DNA of 64,000 nt. It comes from Bdellovibrio sp. GTDB taxonomy: Bacteria > Bdellovibrionota > Bdellovibrionia > Bdellovibrionales > Bdellovibrionaceae. Shown piece by piece: positions 47,336-56,912 of the stretch (position 1 is its first letter; each line of letters begins with the position of its first letter). The position numbers and the translations under genes are program-made. Location: the NCBI GenBank assembly GCA_036677065.1, contig JAKFBS010000004.1:512001-576000 (forward strand). The letters run 5' to 3'. Under the pieces are notes generated by a model. That model worked only from the letters and a program-made list of their open reading frames with translations, was not told where the DNA came from and ran no database searches.

Positions 47336-48580
47336 TTAGTGCGCAGATAGTGTGTCGAGCTCCATTTTTCGTAAAGCTGGAGACCAATATGCGATCAGGG
47401 CTACGGTCAGTAAACACATCGTGGCCCCGAAATAAACCGACGGGACGGTTCCGAATAATTTTGCTGCAATTCCAGATTCGACTTCGCCTAATTCATTGGA
47501 CGAGCCAATAAAAATAGAATTTACCGCAGAAATTTTACCGCGCATGTGATCGGGTGATGACAGCTGTACAGCAGCAGATCTGATCATCATGCTGACGCTA
47601 TCAAAAAGGCCACTAAACGCTAAGGCGACCATAGAAATCCAAAAAGTGGTGCTCATTGCAAAAAATAAAATACATAATCCAAAACCAGTCACCGCAGAAA
47701 ATAACCACGTGCCCGAATGCCCTTTTAGGGGGTTGCGCACTAAATATAAACTGGTGATCGTAGCACCTATAGCAGGGGCGGCGCGCAAAAAACCTAAACC
47801 TTTTGGGCCGACCATTAAAACGTCATTCGCAAAAATCGGTAATAGCGCAGTAACACCGCCAAATAAAACCGACACCATATCTAATGACAACGCCGGAAAT
47901 AAGATGGGGTGTTTAAAAACAAAACGTGCACCCGATAAAAGTTCATCTTTGATGGTGGCGTGTTTATGTAAAGTCTCAGGGGCTGGAATATCTTTTTTGA
48001 TCAGATACATCGATGTCACTGAACAGATGAGTAATAGACAAACTAATGATGATGTTACGGTGACGCCGAAAAACCCAAAAATAAACCCACCGGCCGCAGG
48101 GCCAGCGATACGGGCAATTTGCATCGCAGAACTGCTGGTTGCTGTCGCCTGTAAAAGTTGGCTGCGCTCAACTAAACGCGGAATCGAAGCAAAGATGGCA
48201 GGCTGAGAAAATGAACGCGCTATACCTGTTAGAAAAGCAGCGCCATATAACATTCCGGCTTGTGTATGCAGTGATAATTGTGGCGCCAGGTGATTTTCTA
48301 ACAAGACCATTAGGCCTGAAAGAAGACTGACATAAATTACCCGGCGGTAAACCATCAATGGTCTTAGACGGTCGACTAAATAGCCGGCATAAAGGGCCAA
48401 ACCAATAGCCGGAATGGCTTCAGTTAAACCAATCATACCTAAAGCTAACGGATCTTTTAATAAATCATAAATACGCCAGCCAAGAACGACGGCTTGCATT
48501 TGCACGGCCAACGAAAAAAAGAAACGGGCCGTGACTAATTTTTTAAAATCAGAAGGTAATGTGCTAAAGCGATGACTCAT
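47336..48580 (-). CDS. MFS transporter (H+ antiporter / EntS-like)
   Basis: GWRIYDL.KDPLALG; SLDMVSVLFGG.TALLP; SSNELG; about 12 TM. Confidence 0.92.
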   Translation of the reverse strand: MSHRFSTLPSDFKKLVTARFFFSLAVQMQAVVLGWRIYDLLKDPLALGMIGLTEAIPAIGLALYAGYLVDRLRPLMVYRRVIYVSLLSGLMVLLENHLAPQLSLHTQAGMLYGAAFLTGIARSFSQPAIFASIPRLVERSQLLQATATSSSAMQIARIAGPAAGGFIFGFFGVTVTSSLVCLLLICSVTSMYLIKKDIPAPETLHKHATIKDELLSGARFVFKHPILFPALSLDMVSVLFGGVTALLPIFANDVLMVGPKGLGFLRAAPAIGATITSLYLVRNPLKGHSGTWLFSAVTGFGLCILFFAMSTTFWISMVALAFSGLFDSVSMMIRSAAVQLSSPDHMRGKISAVNSIFIGSSNELGEVESGIAAKLFGTVPSVYFGATMCLLTVALIAYWSPALRKMELDTLSAH

Positions 48581-48593
48581 AGAATCCTTGTAG

Positions 48594-50306
48594 TTAAGTT
48601 TTTGTCACGTAAACTGTCGCGCGTCCACGTCCAATGCGTTGAATATAATTTTTTTGGTAAAGGACTGTCAGATCACGGTTTGCGGTGATAGCAGTTACTG
48701 CGAAAAGCTTAGAGTACAGTTTAACAGATAGCGATTCATTTTCTTTTAAGTAATGAAGTGCTTTTAACTGGCGCAAGTTAAACTGCGCAGTTAAATGAGT
48801 TTTAATTTGTGGCAAAATATTTTGAATTTTAGACACAGGTTGAATGACTGTTGGTGCGTGCACGACAACTTGAGTGGAAGGTTTTAAATGATAACCGTTT
48901 GGACTTGATTCGATCCAATATTTTTTCTGTGCAAACATTTTTTTAAGCCGATTGATTAAGGCGTATACGCTGGCATCATGGCGAAGGGGATCGTAACTAT
49001 AGCCCCAAAGTTTTTCGATGAAGGTTTCTTTGCTCACTTCACCTTCAGAAAGCAAAGTTAACGCTTTTTTAAGGGTTAAAGTTAAGCATTCATTGATATG
49101 AACGATTTCGTCCTGATCAATAAAGGTAAGGCTTCCCGGAAGCAAGTCCATCAGCAGACAGCGATTGTATTGGCTCGATTTTAGATCGCGCAACAGAATA
49201 AAACATTCTGAATCTAAAATTTTATGAACTAAGTCTAAAGACTTTTCATTTTTAAAGTTTTTGGCCTCTTTTAATAACTGGCCCAGGTGATCTTCAGAAT
49301 TGTTTTCGGTGTGACCGATCCGTTCGTGCAATTTTTTAACTTGTTGATGAATGACTTTATTGTTCGGTTCAAGCAACAACTGCAGTTCTTTAATTTGTGC
49401 CAGGATTGATAAATCTAAATTTATATCGAGTTGTCTTTCAGCTTCAGTTAATAGGCGCAATGATTCCTGTTCTTTACGCCAGTAATAATTAAGATGAGCT
49501 TGGCGCAAAAAATATAATGCTTTTTGTCGGCGCTGACCTACAGCTAGAATTTGTTCTTGTGATTTAAAAAGCAAATGCGCCGCTTTTTTAAGTTGGCCAC
49601 GCAATGTGTATTGTCTGCATAATTCTAAAAGCAAATTACTTTTTGAATAGGAATCTTGTGTTTTCGAAAGGCGTAATGACTTTTCAAGACGGATAATGAT
49701 GTTTTGCGGGTCCAGACCAAACTGCCCGCGATAACATAATATTGAAATCTCTAAGGTGCGGGCCGTTTGAGATAGTTTTAACAGACTGGCTAAGTTTTGC
49801 GCCTGAGTTAAGTTTTTTAAACCTTGTTGAATAAAGCCAGTTTGAGCCTGCGAGTGCCCCAGTAAATCGTAAGCTAAAATTTGTCCCCATAAAAACTCGG
49901 CATTAAAGCTGTGTTTTTGTGAAAGCTTAGACCATAAAAGAGATTTATTAAAACGACAGCCCAAGTGGCGGTAGAAGCCAAAACTTTGAAATAGAAAAAA
50001 GCGATCTTCAGAGGTTTTAACTTTGCGACGTAGATTGAACAGTAAATATAAATACTGTTTGGCTTTGTCGTACTGTGAATGCCTTGTCCAGCCAACACTC
50101 AAAAAGAAATACACTTTAGCTAAGTCAGATGGGGTTAGATTTTTTTTAAATTTCGCAAAATACAATTCAGCTTCATTAATTTGGCCAGAAAAACTAAATG
50201 CACCTAGTACATAGGGATCAAAAATCTTAGTTTTGGTCTTTTGATAGCTTGAAATTATCTTTTTATAGTTGCCGCTAAAAAATAGATTTGCAGTGTCATT
50301 ATTCAT
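48594..50306 (-). CDS. TPR-like sensor + OmpR-type winged helix + DeoR-like HTH transcriptional regulator
   Basis: Helical repeat N-terminus; SKETFIEKLWGYSYDPLRHD..VY..I.RLK; RQ...Y..LF.VT.ITANRDL..L. Confidence 0.75.
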   Translation of the reverse strand: MNNDTANLFFSGNYKKIISSYQKTKTKIFDPYVLGAFSFSGQINEAELYFAKFKKNLTPSDLAKVYFFLSVGWTRHSQYDKAKQYLYLLFNLRRKVKTSEDRFFLFQSFGFYRHLGCRFNKSLLWSKLSQKHSFNAEFLWGQILAYDLLGHSQAQTGFIQQGLKNLTQAQNLASLLKLSQTARTLEISILCYRGQFGLDPQNIIIRLEKSLRLSKTQDSYSKSNLLLELCRQYTLRGQLKKAAHLLFKSQEQILAVGQRRQKALYFLRQAHLNYYWRKEQESLRLLTEAERQLDINLDLSILAQIKELQLLLEPNNKVIHQQVKKLHERIGHTENNSEDHLGQLLKEAKNFKNEKSLDLVHKILDSECFILLRDLKSSQYNRCLLMDLLPGSLTFIDQDEIVHINECLTLTLKKALTLLSEGEVSKETFIEKLWGYSYDPLRHDASVYALINRLKKMFAQKKYWIESSPNGYHLKPSTQVVVHAPTVIQPVSKIQNILPQIKTHLTAQFNLRQLKALHYLKENESLSVKLYSKLFAVTAITANRDLTVLYQKNYIQRIGRGRATVYVTKT

Positions 50307-50467
50307 ATAAGCCTAGTAATTTTAACTATTTAAGATCATGAAGTGAATCATATCAAATCGTATAATTTCTTTTAAGTTAAGAGAAGTGTTTTTAATCCAA
50401 AAACGAGGCGATATTGAGGTTGTGGCGGTAACGTCCAACTTAACAAAACTAACCAAGGAGATAAAAA

Positions 50468-51439
50468 ATGTTTACAAGAATCTTAACCCCAATCGTGATT
50501 GCAATGGCCTTAACTCAAACGGCTCACGCTAACTTAGATTTAATGCGCAAAGAAATGAATGCTTTTCAAAAGCCCATGGTGGCGAGCTTGAAAAATACTT
50601 TAGAAAAAGATGTTGAGTTTACTAAAGGCTATAAAGCCTACCAACAAGAAATGGCCGAAATTCTAAAGATCAAAAATGAAAAAGAAAGAATGGCAAAAAT
50701 CGAGGCCGAAAGTAAAAAGTACGAACCACTTTTTGATCGTGCGATGAAAAAAGCTAAAATTGATCCAGAGCATTCTAAAAAGAAAGCGGCCGATATTTCA
50801 AAAAAATATTCATCAAAAAGAACAAAATACACTCTTTATACTGGTAAATATTTAACATATGTAATGTGGCGCGAAGCTCAAGCTGAGCAAGAACAGCCTC
50901 CGGTAGAAACAGAACAAGAATTTGTAGCCCCGTTTGAATTTGAGCATTCAGTAATCAACGGCGGAGACGTTACTGTTGATTTAGAAGAAGGTAGACTTGA
51001 TGCTCACAGCAATGAAATGTTCGCAGCGATTCAGAAAAACAAAGCTGGTTTTGGCATGTTCTTACGTATGAATTGGGATGCTGGACGAGTGCGTGTATCG
51101 ACAAAACTTGCTGGCGTTCACTATCATGTATTTGCGGTTTCTGCTGGCGGCGGTTCTGGAGCTAAAGCATCAAGTGTAATTGATTTAGTGACTGAAGACG
51201 GTGATGTTTGCCAAGAATCAGTCATCCATGGTGAAGCTATTGCTCCAGTGTTATGGCATGCATCTTTGATCGGCGACGATACGACAGTATTCGCTTGTGA
51301 AATGAATGCGCCTCCGCGCAATCAAGATTTAGCCATTCGCTTTCAAGGAGTATCAGAGATCACGGCAGTGGGTTTGGCTGGAGCAATCAGTACAGTTTCA
51401 GGAAAAGCTCAACCAATCCGCGCCAGATTATTAGAATAG
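50468..51439 (+). CDS. secreted hypothetical protein (helical N-terminal, beta-sandwich C-terminal)
   Basis: AAGGAG RBS; signal peptide ending AHA. Confidence 0.8.
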   Translation: MFTRILTPIVIAMALTQTAHANLDLMRKEMNAFQKPMVASLKNTLEKDVEFTKGYKAYQQEMAEILKIKNEKERMAKIEAESKKYEPLFDRAMKKAKIDPEHSKKKAADISKKYSSKRTKYTLYTGKYLTYVMWREAQAEQEQPPVETEQEFVAPFEFEHSVINGGDVTVDLEEGRLDAHSNEMFAAIQKNKAGFGMFLRMNWDAGRVRVSTKLAGVHYHVFAVSAGGGSGAKASSVIDLVTEDGDVCQESVIHGEAIAPVLWHASLIGDDTTVFACEMNAPPRNQDLAIRFQGVSEITAVGLAGAISTVSGKAQPIRARLLE

Positions 51440-51445
51440 TCTTTT

Positions 51446-51503
51446 GGTGCCAGGCCGTGTTTCTTGTCGCGTCGCAACCAGAAACACGGCCTGGCACCTT
51501 TTT
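51446..51503. terminator. long hairpin terminator between convergent genes
   Basis: 19-bp perfect stem GGTGCCAGGCCGTGTTTCT / AGAAACACGGCCTGGCACC followed by a T-run. Confidence 0.8.
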
Positions 51504-51993
51504 ACTGAACTTCTTCTTTTTTGCCGTTGGTTTTTACGAAACCAATGGGATCATTTGAAAATATGCGGCTGACCAAAACACGATTTTTAGTTTCTTGATT
51601 GTAACCGTATTTTAAAACTAAGTGCGAGATCACTTTACTTTGATTGATCTCTAAATTCTTAAAAGCAACACCACATTCTAAAGCAATCCATTTTCCAGTG
51701 CAGTCTGCCGTTCCTTGTTCGCTTTCAAAATGTTTATTGCCGTCGATTTCAGAAACAAGCGGCATGTTGATTGTCATTAATTCGCCGGTTAAGTCATCAG
51801 GTAAGGTGTAAGTCATGTATCTTACGCCCTTATCATTTGTAATGATTTGGTAGTTGGTGATTTCAAAAGTGGCTAAGTGGGCGAATTTTTCTGAAGGCAC
51901 AGGCACTTGGTATGTGGCATTTAAGTCTAAAACTTCGTTAGCAAATAACGTTTGAGCAAAACCTAATATAAATAATAAAGTGATTTTTTTCAT
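51502..51993 (-). CDS. secreted hypothetical protein
   Basis: Signal peptide MKKITLLF (ATG 51993); YTLPDDLTG motif; Cys pair. Confidence 0.75.
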   Translation of the reverse strand: MKKITLLFILGFAQTLFANEVLDLNATYQVPVPSEKFAHLATFEITNYQIITNDKGVRYMTYTLPDDLTGELMTINMPLVSEIDGNKHFESEQGTADCTGKWIALECGVAFKNLEINQSKVISHLVLKYGYNQETKNRVLVSRIFSNDPIGFVKTNGKKEEVQ

Positions 51994-52053
51994 AGGAGCT
52001 ATTTTTAGAAGCATTCGACTAAACAAGCAATAGGTAAATTTTGCTATTTTAAG

Positions 52054-52395
52054 TTAATCGCGGGTGCGAACTTCTAGAAGCTCTATATGAAAGATCAAGT
52101 TTGAATGCGCCGGGATTTTGGCTTTTTCGCGCTCGCCATAACCTAAATGTGATGGGACAAAAAGGGTACGTTTGCCGCCTTCTTTCATTCCCAATAGGCC
52201 GAGATCCCAACCTTGAATCACGCGTTTTGAGCCGATCACGAACTCGAACGGGCGGCCGTGGTTGTGAGACGAATCAAAAATGGTTCCATCTTCAAGAAGA
52301 CCTGTGTAATGGCAAAAAAGTAATGCACCTTTAACAGCCGCTTTGCCTTCGCCCACAACTGTGTCTGTGATAACTAGTTCGGTTTTGTTTTCCAT
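52054..52395 (-). CDS. FKBP-type peptidyl-prolyl isomerase
   Basis: HYTGLLEDGTIFDSS; VIQGWDLG; GGKRTL.VP..LGYG; IPAHSNLIF. Confidence 0.95.
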   Translation of the reverse strand: MENKTELVITDTVVGEGKAAVKGALLFCHYTGLLEDGTIFDSSHNHGRPFEFVIGSKRVIQGWDLGLLGMKEGGKRTLFVPSHLGYGEREKAKIPAHSNLIFHIELLEVRTRD

Positions 52396-53396
52396 TATGC
52401 GCTTAATGATAAAGAAACGATTTTAGCTATTAGGTCTTCGTAATCCACACCGGCTTTGTTGGCTGACAGGGCGTAGTCTTCGCGTTTACCGATCGAGGGA
52501 TTTGGATTGGCTTCGATAAAATAAATATCTTCGCCTTTAATACGCAAATCAATACGGCCAAAACCCTGAATGCCCAATAGGCGATAAATCTTTTTACAGA
52601 CTTCGTTTAATTTTTTCTGCATAGGTTCTGGAAACTCTGCAGCCCAGCCAGAATCAATACCCCACTTTTTGCGGTAAGCCTGATCCCATTTTGATTTGTA
52701 AGTCGCAAATTTTGGTTCATCTTCAGATTTTTGTTTGAAGAATAATTCGCGAGGCGGAAACACTTTTAAATTTTCATTACCTAAGATGCTTACGTAAACT
52801 TCGCGGCCATCAATAAATTCTTCAATGATGGCATCTGCGCCTAAGCTGTTGTGAATAAATTTAACACGTGCGATGGCTTCTTTTTCATTTTTAACAAATG
52901 AACTTTGTGAAATACCTTCTGAAGATTCTAAATCTAAAGGTTTAATAAAAGCAGGGAAGGGAAAACCCTTTAATGAATTCACTGCGCGAGCTTTTTTTGC
53001 CACCACAAATTTAGGAATTTTAATCTGATGATAATCTAAAATAACTTTTGTTAAACCTTTGTCTTTGCATAATTGTAAACTCATAGGGCCAGCGCCCGTA
53101 AAAGGAATGCCCATTAATTGCATTAACGATGTTAAATTTGGTTCAAAATCGCGTTTACCTAAAAAAGCCTCAGACATATTAAAGACTAAATCGGGTTTTT
53201 GTTCTTTAACAATTTTTAAGAAAGGTTCAATATCATCATGAATTCCGTACGGAATGACCTGGTGACCGAGTTTGATCAAGGTGTTTTTCACATCTTTTTC
53301 AATTTTCCAATCAGGAGTATTCCAGTAATCAGGATACTGCTCGGGAGTTAGCTTTAATGATAAATCAAATAGAAGTACGATCTTCAGTGATTTCAT
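52395..53396 (-). CDS. D-Ala-D-Ala ligase-like ATP-grasp enzyme (non-canonical paralogue)
   Basis: IPFTG; DKGLTK; FIKP...SSEGI; EEFIDGRE; GRIDLR; IEANPNP; lacks the Ddl N-terminal GG.S.E motif. Confidence 0.85.
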   Translation of the reverse strand: MKSLKIVLLFDLSLKLTPEQYPDYWNTPDWKIEKDVKNTLIKLGHQVIPYGIHDDIEPFLKIVKEQKPDLVFNMSEAFLGKRDFEPNLTSLMQLMGIPFTGAGPMSLQLCKDKGLTKVILDYHQIKIPKFVVAKKARAVNSLKGFPFPAFIKPLDLESSEGISQSSFVKNEKEAIARVKFIHNSLGADAIIEEFIDGREVYVSILGNENLKVFPPRELFFKQKSEDEPKFATYKSKWDQAYRKKWGIDSGWAAEFPEPMQKKLNEVCKKIYRLLGIQGFGRIDLRIKGEDIYFIEANPNPSIGKREDYALSANKAGVDYEDLIAKIVSLSLSA

Positions 53397-53398
53397 AG

Positions 53399-54436
53399 TT
53401 AGGCCTCTCTTTTAAATTTTCCGGTGAATAGATAATTTTTCACCAGACTGGTAAGAAAGCTTGCGGCTTCCATCGTTGTCTGGTTTTCAGATTTTCCAAG
53501 TCGCAATTCAAGTTGAGCACAGCGATCAATAAGACGTTTTACTAACGCGTCTATGGTAAATTTGCGCTCTTTCGTCGCCCACGCAACGGCAGCAACAATA
53601 GCTTTTTTATGGCGCTTCATAAACCTGCGCGCCGATAATTCAGTTTTTAATGCTGGATCACCGTTGAAAATCATTTTTAGATCGGTGTCATAAAAATCCG
53701 GATATTCATCTGCATTTTCTCTGCGGCGCTTCTGATAATATTTTTCTAGGGTTGATGTAAGATTTGCGACATTGCTTGGGGCACGGCCTTTTTCAGACGC
53801 GTTTTTTAATTTCACACTCTCTTTAGCTAAAGACTCCATGTAAGTTAATTTTTTCAAAGCTCCGGGCCATTTGCTGTATTCTTTTTTCCAGTCAATAGTG
53901 GGCGATAACCAAACTGCAAATGTTTCGGCAAAATCTTCATCGGGATGAGCTTGCGCGTACCAACGTTCTAAATGTTTTACATAGCCTTTAGAGTAAGGTT
54001 GCGGGCGATAAGTTTCTGGAGCGTAATCTTGCGAAGGTGAGCCAAACACCTGGCTCCATTTTTTTCTTTTTGAAAATCTGTAGCAATGATCAAAACAATG
54101 ACCGGCTTCGTGACGCAGAAGCTTCATAAACCATTCTGGACTGCCGCCTTCAACTTCTAACATCATTGATTTTTCTAAATGTTTTAGACGGGTATTGGCC
54201 AGGTAAAACGGGACCGCGATCGCGTTCATGCCTTCAGGGCTAAACCATTCATCGCCGAAAAATATTTGCGGTTTGAAATTTAAACCTTTGGCTTCAAGTT
54301 CTTTATAGAGCTGATCGACATAATCTTGCACTTCGCTTTCAGAAAGCGATAATTGAATATTTTTAAAACGCAGTTTTAAAATATCCTGATCAGATAATTC
54401 AGCTAATTCTTCAGCCTTAATAGTCTTCGATGACAT
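53399..54436 (-). CDS. putative zinc-binding metallopeptidase
   Basis: LRHEAGHCFDH (HExxH); YAQAHPDEDFAETFAVWL. Confidence 0.85.
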   Translation of the reverse strand: MSSKTIKAEELAELSDQDILKLRFKNIQLSLSESEVQDYVDQLYKELEAKGLNFKPQIFFGDEWFSPEGMNAIAVPFYLANTRLKHLEKSMMLEVEGGSPEWFMKLLRHEAGHCFDHCYRFSKRKKWSQVFGSPSQDYAPETYRPQPYSKGYVKHLERWYAQAHPDEDFAETFAVWLSPTIDWKKEYSKWPGALKKLTYMESLAKESVKLKNASEKGRAPSNVANLTSTLEKYYQKRRRENADEYPDFYDTDLKMIFNGDPALKTELSARRFMKRHKKAIVAAVAWATKERKFTIDALVKRLIDRCAQLELRLGKSENQTTMEAASFLTSLVKNYLFTGKFKREA

Positions 54437-54444
54437 ACACTATA

Positions 54445-54472
54445 CTATCGGCAGGTCTCATTATGATATTGA
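54445..54472 (-). promoter_or_regulatory. sigma28-like promoter of the peptidase/ATP-grasp operon
   Basis: Minus strand TCAAT-N15-GCCGATAG, 8 bp before the ATG. Confidence 0.6.
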
Positions 54473-54514
54473 GCGCTGTGCCAAGGATTAGGCCCATGGT
54501 GCTAATCCTTTCGT

Positions 54515-54988
54515 CTAGTCTTTAATTTGTTTTTTCAAATCACGAATGACGTCTTCCAAAATTTTAATGGTGTGTTTCTTCTGCGTTTTTTCGGTCACGC
54601 TCCATTTATCAGTATTAGATCGCTTGTGAGCTAATTTAAACTTCATACCGGTCAGTGAAGTCGAGTAATCATTGGCGTTGAGCTTAGTTACGTTTTGATG
54701 ACCGATGATATACCAATGATATTCAGTTCCGACGGGTACACCACTGCCTTTGGGCGCTTTTCCGGCCCGGCGTTTCGTGACGTTGAAATTGACCTGCCAC
54801 TGATCTGGAGTCATCTTTTTTTCTGTCCACACACCGGCGTCGTAATTCCATTTATGCCCACGGCCGACTTTCATTCCCGTGTAACGCTGACCTTCAAAAG
54901 TTTTAAATTCGTTGTAGGTCTGCGCATAATTTTTTTTAAGTGCGGTATTTTCTTTTTTAGATATTTTTTTGTAAGCGCGTTGTCCCAT
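54515..54988 (-). CDS. basic, Trp-rich hypothetical protein
   Basis: GGAGG RBS before MGQRAY (54988); YTGMKVGRGHKWNYD.GVW.E; GTEYHWYI. Confidence 0.8.
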   Translation of the reverse strand: MGQRAYKKISKKENTALKKNYAQTYNEFKTFEGQRYTGMKVGRGHKWNYDAGVWTEKKMTPDQWQVNFNVTKRRAGKAPKGSGVPVGTEYHWYIIGHQNVTKLNANDYSTSLTGMKFKLAHKRSNTDKWSVTEKTQKKHTIKILEDVIRDLKKQIKD

Positions 54989-55054
54989 ATAGCCTCCGTT
55001 TAATGTTGCTATATAAAAACGTACAATCCACACGCCAAGACGGGGTAAATTTAA

Positions 55055-55489
55055 CTAACGGCAATCAAGCCCGGGTGTTTCGCCTTCATTTTTAAAATTG
55101 AAATAGGCTCTTGCCTCTAAATCATTAATGAAAAGCTGACCCGTGTAGTGAGTAAATTCACCTTCGTTTGTAGTTTGTGGGTACAGGCGTAAATGCACAC
55201 CATTCGCGTCGCCACGTAAATTAAGATCAGTCGTGTAAATTTCTGGAGTCATGCGTACATTGATATTTTCGTAAACTAAAATTTTATTTTTAAATACTGA
55301 AAGTTTTGCCGTAAAAAATAAAAAACCAATAAACGGATTTAACGGATCAATCGGGCGAAAAAAAGAAACTGCAACTGTATGATTTGCACTTTTTGCTGTT
55401 TGGCAATTGATCGACTTTAACTCAACAGCAAATGTTTCAGTAGCTACTGTTAAAATAAGAACAAGAATAATAAATCTCAGAATTTTCAT
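55055..55489 (-). CDS. secreted hypothetical protein
   Basis: Signal peptide; Cys near both ends of the mature chain. Confidence 0.7.
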   Translation of the reverse strand: MKILRFIILVLILTVATETFAVELKSINCQTAKSANHTVAVSFFRPIDPLNPFIGFLFFTAKLSVFKNKILVYENINVRMTPEIYTTDLNLRGDANGVHLRLYPQTTNEGEFTHYTGQLFINDLEARAYFNFKNEGETPGLDCR

Positions 55490-55611
55490 AGTTCAGTTTT
55501 TAAAACAGCGTGGGATTGAGTGGCAAGTAAACAGTCCAGTTGTGGCTAGTTAAAACTCATATGAGAAATTAAGACTTGAGAAGTGAATAAGCCTTAGTTT
55601 TAATATTACAT

Positions 55612-56265
55612 ATGCTTAAAAAATCACTTCTTTCTATGGCTGTTATTTCATTGTTATCTTTAAATTCTTTGGCCGCAGATAAAGGTCAGGGTAGGCTTTT
55701 TTTAGGATCAACTCAAATTAGTCCTGAAGATGTGAACACTGAACTTGAATCACAGGGTTTAAAACAATTTGATATGATCAACCAATTCGGCGTCGAGATA
55801 ACCTTACCAGCTTTAAAATTTGCCAATGCAGGGTTTCGGTACACGCATCGCATGATTAAAGAAGAAGAGCTAGTCGCAAGCACTGTTACTGATTATCAAG
55901 CAGAACTTACGCAGCAAGTGTTTGCCGGAATTTTGCGTGCGCCGTTAAATAATAACGACTTTGCAAAATTTGATTTATTTGTCGGAGCAGGTGTGACCAG
56001 CAGTGAGTTAAAAATCAAATCTCTTACTCAAGACGGATCGGTTGATAAAAAAGGTTACGCTTCACCAATGGCCGTAGCCGGAGGTTCAGCTTCATTCGGT
56101 GTTAAGAGCATATTTTTTACGATCGAAGCGGGTTATGAATACAACAAAGTCACTGGTCTTAAAGAAACCGGAACTGTTAGTGGTAATATCGATGAATTCG
56201 ATTTATCCGGCGGGTATTTAACTCTGGGTTTAATGTTTGATGGGGTTCCGGTTTTTAAAAAATGA
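55612..56265 (+). CDS. small outer-membrane beta-barrel-like protein
   Basis: Signal peptide; alternating strands (FVGAG, IEAGYEY, LSGGYLTLGLMF). Confidence 0.7.
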   Translation: MLKKSLLSMAVISLLSLNSLAADKGQGRLFLGSTQISPEDVNTELESQGLKQFDMINQFGVEITLPALKFANAGFRYTHRMIKEEELVASTVTDYQAELTQQVFAGILRAPLNNNDFAKFDLFVGAGVTSSELKIKSLTQDGSVDKKGYASPMAVAGGSASFGVKSIFFTIEAGYEYNKVTGLKETGTVSGNIDEFDLSGGYLTLGLMFDGVPVFKK

Positions 56266-56564
56266 AAAACATAAAATTTAAAATAACATTAGTAGTTGCG
56301 ATGCTGGCTGTCTTTACCGGCTGCGGTCTTAAAGTGATCAACCCGAACGAGCCAAATAACAAAGGCACCTTGGCTTTAGACATGTCATCGGGCAGTCCAA
56401 AACTGGTTGAAACTTACACCTGTAAGCTCGAATCTATGGGGAATCGCTTTTCAGCCGTGGGTAAAACTGAAGCAGAAGCTCGCACCGAAGTCGTGGCAAA
56501 ATGCCAAGATCGTACGTTGATTTCTAACTGCAAAGCTGATAACGCTAAGTGCGAAAAGAACTAA
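56262..56564 (+). CDS. small Cys-rich lipoprotein
   Basis: Lipobox FTGC; 4 additional Cys; ATGA overlap with the upstream gene. Confidence 0.8.
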   Translation: MKNIKFKITLVVAMLAVFTGCGLKVINPNEPNNKGTLALDMSSGSPKLVETYTCKLESMGNRFSAVGKTEAEARTEVVAKCQDRTLISNCKADNAKCEKN

Positions 56565-56585
56565 CACCAAAACCAGAGGAATTTT

Positions 56586-56912
56586 ATGCCAGTTTTCATT
56601 GCAAAAGTAATGCTCCAAGAAGTCGAGAGCGAAGATATTTACGAAGAATTAGATCAAGCGATGGCTGATGAAGAGGGTTACCCGTACATCACTGATGAAA
56701 ATGAAAAAATTTACGCTTTGCCACCTGATGAATATGAATTTGAAACTGAACTTTCTGGTAAAGAATTATTAAACATTATCAAAACAATTTGTGGCACCAT
56801 CGAAAAAAAGCACAAACTAAAAAAATCTCCGATAGTTTTAGTTGAAGCTGAAGATGTTTTTCACGCAAATCTTGAAGAATTATCTGACGAAGATTTTCAG
56901 TCACTTAATTAA
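56586..56912 (+). CDS. GhoS/DUF2622-like protein, very acidic
   Basis: F..KV.L......YEELDQAM..EG....I..ENEK.Y.LP..EY resembles the GhoS family pattern; GAGG RBS. Confidence 0.6.
   Translation: MPVFIAKVMLQEVESEDIYEELDQAMADEEGYPYITDENEKIYALPPDEYEFETELSGKELLNIIKTICGTIEKKHKLKKSPIVLVEAEDVFHANLEELSDEDFQSLN

Noticed and set aside
52395..53396. Calling this gene ddl
   Set aside because: It lacks the N-terminal GGxSxE motif, is outside any mur/dcw context, and is paired with a peptidase
56586..56912. Cas2 or a CRISPR-associated role for the GhoS-like ORF
   Set aside because: No cas genes or array nearby; the similarity is at fold level only
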